11,142 nt of DNA from assembly GCA_031458695.1 (NCBI GenBank), contig JAVKJW010000047.1:1-11142 (forward strand), read 5' to 3'. A model generated the notes under the pieces. It ran no database searches. It saw nothing but the letters and a program-made list of their open reading frames with translations, and was not told the origin of the DNA. Position 1 is the first letter of the stretch. Every line of letters begins with the position of its first letter. Positions 7,293 to 11,142 of this stretch are shown piece after piece. A program made the position numbers and the translations under genes. The stretch comes from Candidatus Thermofontivivens primus (GTDB taxonomy: Bacteria; Sysuimicrobiota; Sysuimicrobiia; Sysuimicrobiales; Thermofontiviventaceae).

Positions 7293-9006
7293 CTTGACAA
7301 TGTCACATTTCGGACATGTCATGACACTCTTGGTGACGTCTTCAAGCGACTGCTGGTCGAACGAGCTCGATTGATCAAATGCTCGATTACCAGCGCGATG
7401 GCCTCTTGAGGGGTAAGCTGAGGTAACGGTAACGTCGCCTTCAGTAACTCCCTCACGTTGGCAGTTGAGAGCACCGGCAAGACCTCCACTTCCAATTGGC
7501 GCGCCAGCTCAGGATCACGCTTGTAAAGTTGCGCCCACTCCAGCTTGATCTGGGCAATGAACCACAACGCCAGTGCCGTCAGCGCGAGGTGATGTTCCCA
7601 TGCCCGATACTTCTGAGCTTGAAATTCATCCCACCCAAGCTCGCTTTTGGCATCCTCAAAGGTGCGCTCAACAAAGTAGCGCTGACAACTCCACTCGATG
7701 AGGTACTCCCGCGGGGTCCAATGAGGAGCGTTCAGCAAGGTGAAAGTGTGGTCCCCATCAGCATCACGGCGCATCACCAGCCATTCAGGACGGGGCATCC
7801 CGCCCTTATGGACCGTCCAGATCCGCACCACGGCAAAGTCGCCCTCCAACCATCCACGTTCTGTATGCCGCACGCGGACATGATGCCACTGCGTTGTAGG
7901 ACTCCTGGCAAGAGCACGTACCTCCTGGGGGCTCTCCCGGCTCACTACCTGCAGCCGTGTGCGAGGTCTCCCGTATCTGCTCCGCTTCCTGGGGATCGCC
8001 ACCTTGGGTTCCCTCAGGTAGACCTGGGTGTGTTCTGGCACCTCCGCGGCGTACACGATCCCTTCCGCATCCAACGTCGCCCGAAATTGTCCATCCCGTC
8101 CGTACAGCGCATCGCAGGCCATGAGGTCAAACGGAAGCTCGTTGGCCTTGGCCCGTTTGACCATCTTCAACCCCAACGCGATCTTGGTCTCGAATTTCCG
8201 CCCCTTGGGAATCCCCAGCTCCTCTCGCAGTTGGGCTACCTCCGGTTGAAACCACTCCTCGGGCAGGAACAGCTCCCCGTCCACAATTACCTGGACCCCC
8301 GTCTTAGGGTGAAAGTAGGTCAGGCATGTGTCCACCCGGCATACATCCACTTTCCCCAGCCTGCCGTTGTACTGCCGGGATGCGCCGGCATTGTGCACTC
8401 CGGCCTTGTTGTCCGCACTCTCATCCAGGATCAGGATGCCCCCCTGGGCCAGCGCCGGCGTAGCTTTGATCTCAGATTGAATCTGCCGGAACACCCCTCG
8501 CGCAGACCAGGGGGAGTTGCTCATAAAGTGCTGCAGGGCCTGCCCGTCCTTGCCCGTCGTCTTCCGCGCAATGTTGGCAAAGTTCCGTTTGCGATCCATG
8601 GTCAGTTGTCCCTGCAGGTAGTGGTAAGCATGCTGGCTTCCATCCCGTGTCCGGGTTCGAAAGCAACTCCGAAACCGCTGCCAGAACGTGTAGAGGCGCT
8701 CCCCCACTTGGGCAACCGCCTCAGGCGGCAGCCCCCACCGCATGGGATCCCGCAGGTCCTTCCTGCCGCATCCGATAGATTGGCGCTCCTTGCCCCTGAC
8801 CCCCAGGCATGGCCGAACGCGGATAGGTCTTTCCTTCTTAGCAAGTACATGATACGATCCCATAGGGGTACCCTCCTGGAGATCTTTGTGGCTTTTGGCC
8901 TACTCCAAAGATTCTCCGGAGGCTCTACCCCCCTTTCAGGCCAGTATGGGGATCCCTCCACGAAACAGGAGCTCACTTTTCCCTCCCGAAATGTGACATT
9001 GTCAAG
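7293..9006 (-). mobile_element. IS701-family insertion sequence, apparently complete
   Basis: 21-bp perfect terminal IRs CTTGACAATGTCACATTTCGG (7293-7313) and CCGAAATGTGACATTGTCAAG (8986-9006) enclose an intact transposase. Flanked by CTAC (7289-7292) and TTAG (9007-9010). Confidence 0.88.
7319..8863 (-). CDS. IS701-family DDE transposase
   Basis: 514 aa. Motifs LQHFMSNSPW, LILDES..KAG....ASRQYNGRLGKVD, ACDALYG, and RYFVERTFEDAKSELGWDEFQAQKYRAWEHH. RBS AGGAGG upstream of ATG 8863. Confidence 0.93.
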   Translation of the reverse strand: MGSYHVLAKKERPIRVRPCLGVRGKERQSIGCGRKDLRDPMRWGLPPEAVAQVGERLYTFWQRFRSCFRTRTRDGSQHAYHYLQGQLTMDRKRNFANIARKTTGKDGQALQHFMSNSPWSARGVFRQIQSEIKATPALAQGGILILDESADNKAGVHNAGASRQYNGRLGKVDVCRVDTCLTYFHPKTGVQVIVDGELFLPEEWFQPEVAQLREELGIPKGRKFETKIALGLKMVKRAKANELPFDLMACDALYGRDGQFRATLDAEGIVYAAEVPEHTQVYLREPKVAIPRKRSRYGRPRTRLQVVSRESPQEVRALARSPTTQWHHVRVRHTERGWLEGDFAVVRIWTVHKGGMPRPEWLVMRRDADGDHTFTLLNAPHWTPREYLIEWSCQRYFVERTFEDAKSELGWDEFQAQKYRAWEHHLALTALALWFIAQIKLEWAQLYKRDPELARQLEVEVLPVLSTANVRELLKATLPLPQLTPQEAIALVIEHLINRARSTSSRLKTSPRVS

Positions 9007-9010
9007 TTAG

Positions 9011-9436
9011 TATTACAGCGCAAGGTCATACAAAGCTAACTCTTGCCAGCTGAGTCTTTCGGTGAGACGTACGCTATATGATTCCTGCGCTGATAATAGC
9101 ATATCAGCCGCAACGCAGCAGGACGATCGAAGTCTGGCCTAGGCGACAGGCATGCCAGCAGGCGCCGGACCTGATAAACCGTCAACGCCGGGGCGCAACC
9201 TCGCAGTCGTACTCGCACCCGCACGAGGAAGAAGTGCGCGAACATCACCAACAGCATATGATGGTGCCAGCCTCGCCAGCTGCGGGTCTCTAGTCCACCA
9301 ATCCCACTCCCTGTTTGCTCTCCTTCAACGCACTATCAATCGACCAGCGCAGCCCACACAGGCGGAGGAGCTCCCCGATGAGCGGTTCCACCTTCCGACG
9401 AATGACAAGCCACACCTCTTCTCCTGGAAAGCCATG
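9011..9436 (-). pseudogene. Degenerate 3' fragment and right end of a second, different IS701-family element
   Basis: Across several frames: PGEEVWLVIRR...LCGLRWSID.ALKESKQGVGLVD / ETRSWRGWHHHMLLVMFAHFFL...LTVYQVRRLL...YYQRRNHIAYVS / ...YDLAL*. It ends in GCGCTGTAATA|CTAA, an IS701-like terminus. Contains frameshifts and an apparent internal deletion. Confidence 0.8.
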
Positions 9437-9800
9437 GAGGTTTCGTCAAGAAGTGTGTAAATTCGCATCAGACGGCGACCTCTTCCCTCCTCACCTCGAT
9501 CCCATCTTCGTACTGGCCCCCTGCGTAGCTCTCGCCAGCAACTCAGGTGCATTGAGCCTTCGAAAACTCTTCTGGGCTACCATGAGCGTCTTCCAAATCC
9601 CGGCTGTGGCCCGTTCCACCTTCTTGAATCGCTTGGCAGCATCCGTCCGCAGCCTGAGCGCCACCGAAACTGATCCCACAATGTTGGTGTGGTACAGAGA
9701 TGCACAAATGTTCTTTGAGGTAGCGGTAGAAAGTCAACATCTTCTCCCAATCCCGGTTAAGGGCCTCGGCCGTTTCCTGAGGAAGCCCTTGTGATCCTGA
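9437..9800 (-). mobile_element. Degenerate IS256-family 3' fragment with terminal IR
   Basis: Across frames: AEALNRDWEKMLTFYRY.KEH / TNIV / ALRLRTDAAKRFKKVERATAGIWKTLMVAQKSFRRLNAPELL, the C-terminus typical of IS256/mutator transposases. The terminus TTTACACACTTCTTGACGAAACCTC (plus strand 9437-9461) resembles IS256-family right IRs. The upstream boundary is approximate. Confidence 0.78.
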
Positions 9801-10309
9801 GGGGATAGGGGATAGTTCGGATCCGCAGTCGGCCGGGACGAGAGATCGGGGAGACCTTTCGACCGAAGAAACGCTTCGATCCGCTCCACCGACCTAGCGC
9901 TTGGCCGATGCCTTCCGTCGAACCAGCCCGTCACTACTGACTCGTCCATCCCGAGCTCACGGGCCAGGGCTCCGCAGGACATCCCGTGGATCAGCCTGTA
10001 ATACCGAAGCCAACCGAGGGGATCCGGGGGGCAGTCGAAGGGGACGTAGCCCAGGAATGCCAGAATTCTAGGGAGGTATCTGATGGAGGGCTGGGTGCGT
10101 CCTTTCTCCCAGTTGACGACAGTCATCTCGTCGACTCCCAGCTGTTTTGCGACCTGGCTCTGGGAGAGTCCGAGATCGAGCCGACGCTTGCGGAGGTGTT
10201 CCCCGAGACTCCTGGGGTGGGCAGGGTAGCCAGGTGGGAGGACGATCAGCCTAGGCAGAGTCAGAGACCCGTAAGTAAGGCGTAAATCCCTGCCGCCGTA
10301 TACTCTCAT
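9734..10309 (-). CDS. XRE-family transcriptional regulator with two tandem HTH domains; termini probably chimeric with IS DNA
   Basis: HTH1: LGEHLRKRRLDLGLSQSQVAKQLGVDEMTVVNWEKGRTQP. HTH2: LRYYRLIHGMSCGALARELGMDESVVTGWFDGRHRPS. Strong RBS AAAGGAGG before ATG 10309. The last ~20 codons and the stop lie within the IS256 remnant. Confidence 0.8.
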   Translation of the reverse strand: MRVYGGRDLRLTYGSLTLPRLIVLPPGYPAHPRSLGEHLRKRRLDLGLSQSQVAKQLGVDEMTVVNWEKGRTQPSIRYLPRILAFLGYVPFDCPPDPLGWLRYYRLIHGMSCGALARELGMDESVVTGWFDGRHRPSARSVERIEAFLRSKGLPDLSSRPTADPNYPLSPQDHKGFLRKRPRPLTGIGRRC

Positions 10310-10396
10310 CGAAAGGCCTCCTTTCTCCTGAGCCTATCTTTTCTTGCAGTTTAAGACTTATTGGGCAGGGAGGGGCGGCCCGACCTCATATTGTCA
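10280..10396 (-). mobile_element. Putative remnant left end of a second IS110/IS1111-family element (leader plus first ~10 codons)
   Basis: Minus strand reads TGACAAT-ATGAGGTCGGGCCGCCCCTCCCTG...CAGGAGAAAGGAGGCCTTTCG-ATG. This has the same layout and similar length (87 vs 82 nt to ATG) as the plus-strand IS110 leader. The peptide MRVYGGRDLR resembles the IS110 N-terminal YxGIDLH motif. Confidence 0.45.
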
Positions 10397-10414
10397 GAGA
10401 TGATGATATGAAAG

Positions 10415-10480
10415 GGCTGCGCCTCCCTGCGTGGTATTCTACGCGGGAGAAACCAGTCTAGAAGGAAAGGAGGCGCAGCC
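10415..10480 (+). promoter_or_regulatory. RBS-sequestering stem-loop in the IS110 leader
   Basis: 12-bp perfect IR GGCTGCGCCTCC (10415-10426) / GGAGGCGCAGCC (10469-10480) covering the GGAGG Shine-Dalgarno. Inner hairpin CTGCGTGG-TATT-CTACGCGG (10427-10446). Confidence 0.7.
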
Positions 10481-10482
10481 AA

Positions 10483-11142
10483 ATGCAGTATATTGCTTTT
10501 GACGCTCACAAGCAATACACATGGGCCAGGGTGGAGTTTCCTGATGGCACAGTCATCCGGGAGGAGAGGATCCCGCACGAGCGTGGGGCAGTACGACAGT
10601 TCCTCGCGAACTGCGAGCGTGGCTCTCCGGTGGCAGTCGAGACCGTCGGGGGCTGGTACTGGATCATCGACGAGATTGAGGAGGCGGGCTTTTTGCCTCA
10701 GCTGGTGCATGCCCACAAGGCGAAGCTGATGTTCGGTCAGGTGAACAAGACAGACAAGTTGGATGCGCGCGGCCTGAATAAGCTCCAGCGCACCGGCACA
10801 TTACCTACGGTGTGGATCCCATCGCGCGAACTACGTGACCTGCGGGATCTCCCGCACACGCATGGTGCTGGTGCGCCAGCGTACCCAGCTCAAGAACCGC
10901 ATCCATGCAACCTTAGCCAAGTACGCCCTGGCCATTCCCTGCACAGATGTGTTTGGGAAGCGAGGCCGCGAGCTCCTGCACCAAAAGATCAACCAACTTC
11001 CCCCACAGACCGCGTTCACCACGATGTGCCTCCTGGAGCAGATCGATGCCCTCAACGAGCGGATCGACCGCATCGAGCAGCAGATGGGTGATCTCTTCGA
11101 GGTCAGTGAGGAGATCAAGCTTTTGATGACGATTCCGGGGAT
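10483..11142 (+). pseudogene. IS110-family (DEDD RuvC-like) recombinase/transposase, frameshifted at ~10851-10860, 3' end outside the window
   Basis: [10 protein letters not shown] (D), VAVET (E), KTDKLDA (D..D), [15 protein letters not shown]. It then continues in another frame: [24 protein letters not shown]...FGKRGRELL...IKLLMTIPG. Two added bases at 10851-10853 restore the frame. Confidence 0.9.

Larger units (their letters stand above)
10401..11142 (+). mobile_element. IS110/IS1111-family insertion sequence, left part (continues beyond the window)
   Basis: Short leader TGATGAT-ATGAAAGGGCTGCGCCTCC...GGAGGCGCAGCC-AA-ATG followed by a DEDD recombinase. The left boundary is inferred by analogy to IS1111/IS4321 ends (7 nt, then the subterminal IR). 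Confidence 0.7.

Noticed and set aside
7294..7325. TTGACA -35 hexamers in both IS701 IRs as promoters
   Set aside because: No credible -10 at 16-18 bp spacing on either end (TGTCAT, GGAAAA). More likely part of the transposase-binding palindrome TGACAATGTCA.
7496..9010. 504-aa plus-strand ORF
   Set aside because: Antisense shadow of the IS701 transposase, with no motifs; long shadow ORFs are expected in GC-rich DNA.
10361..10410. Group II intron 3' end or other ncRNA (GNRA-capped hairpin)
   Set aside because: No domain V consensus and no reverse transcriptase. The GAGA-loop stem is explained by two inverted IS ends.
10330..10482. Bridge RNA encoded in the region upstream of the IS110 gene
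   Set aside because: Hairpins are present, but I cannot see two stem/internal-loop/stem guide modules. The region is better explained as two short divergent IS leaders. Not fully excluded without a covariance search.
10845..10865. Programmed ribosomal frameshift in the IS110 gene
   Set aside because: No slippery heptamer, and IS110 recombinases are normally single ORFs. A 2-nt loss explains the break.
1..11142. CRISPR array, tRNA, rRNA or tandem repeat arrays
   Set aside because: No regularly spaced direct repeats, cloverleaf or rRNA-like sequence seen on reading either strand.

Overview
GC-rich bacterial DNA with two parts. (1) Positions 1-7250 hold a minus-strand sugar/inositol-type catabolic operon. 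In order it encodes a LacI repressor with a perfect 16-bp operator, an IolM-like Zn dehydrogenase, a CUT2 ABC transporter (binding protein, permease, ATPase), a Hyi-like TIM-barrel isomerase and an IolI-like inosose isomerase that runs off the window edge. A divergent gene encodes an unknown membrane protein. The iolM-like, iolI-like and divergent genes each carry a frameshift in a G/C run, and iolM also appears to have lost about 30 codons in frame. (2) Positions 7289-11142 are a stack of insertion sequences: an intact IS701-family element with 21-bp IRs, an abutting decayed IS701 3' end, a decayed IS256 3' end, a tandem-HTH XRE gene, and a frameshifted IS110/IS1111-family recombinase. The most unusual signal is two IS1111-like left ends back to back, 4 bp apart (10387-10410). 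One of them appears to supply the RBS, ATG and first codons of the XRE gene. Family assignments come from motif recognition and memory of family members; no searches were run.
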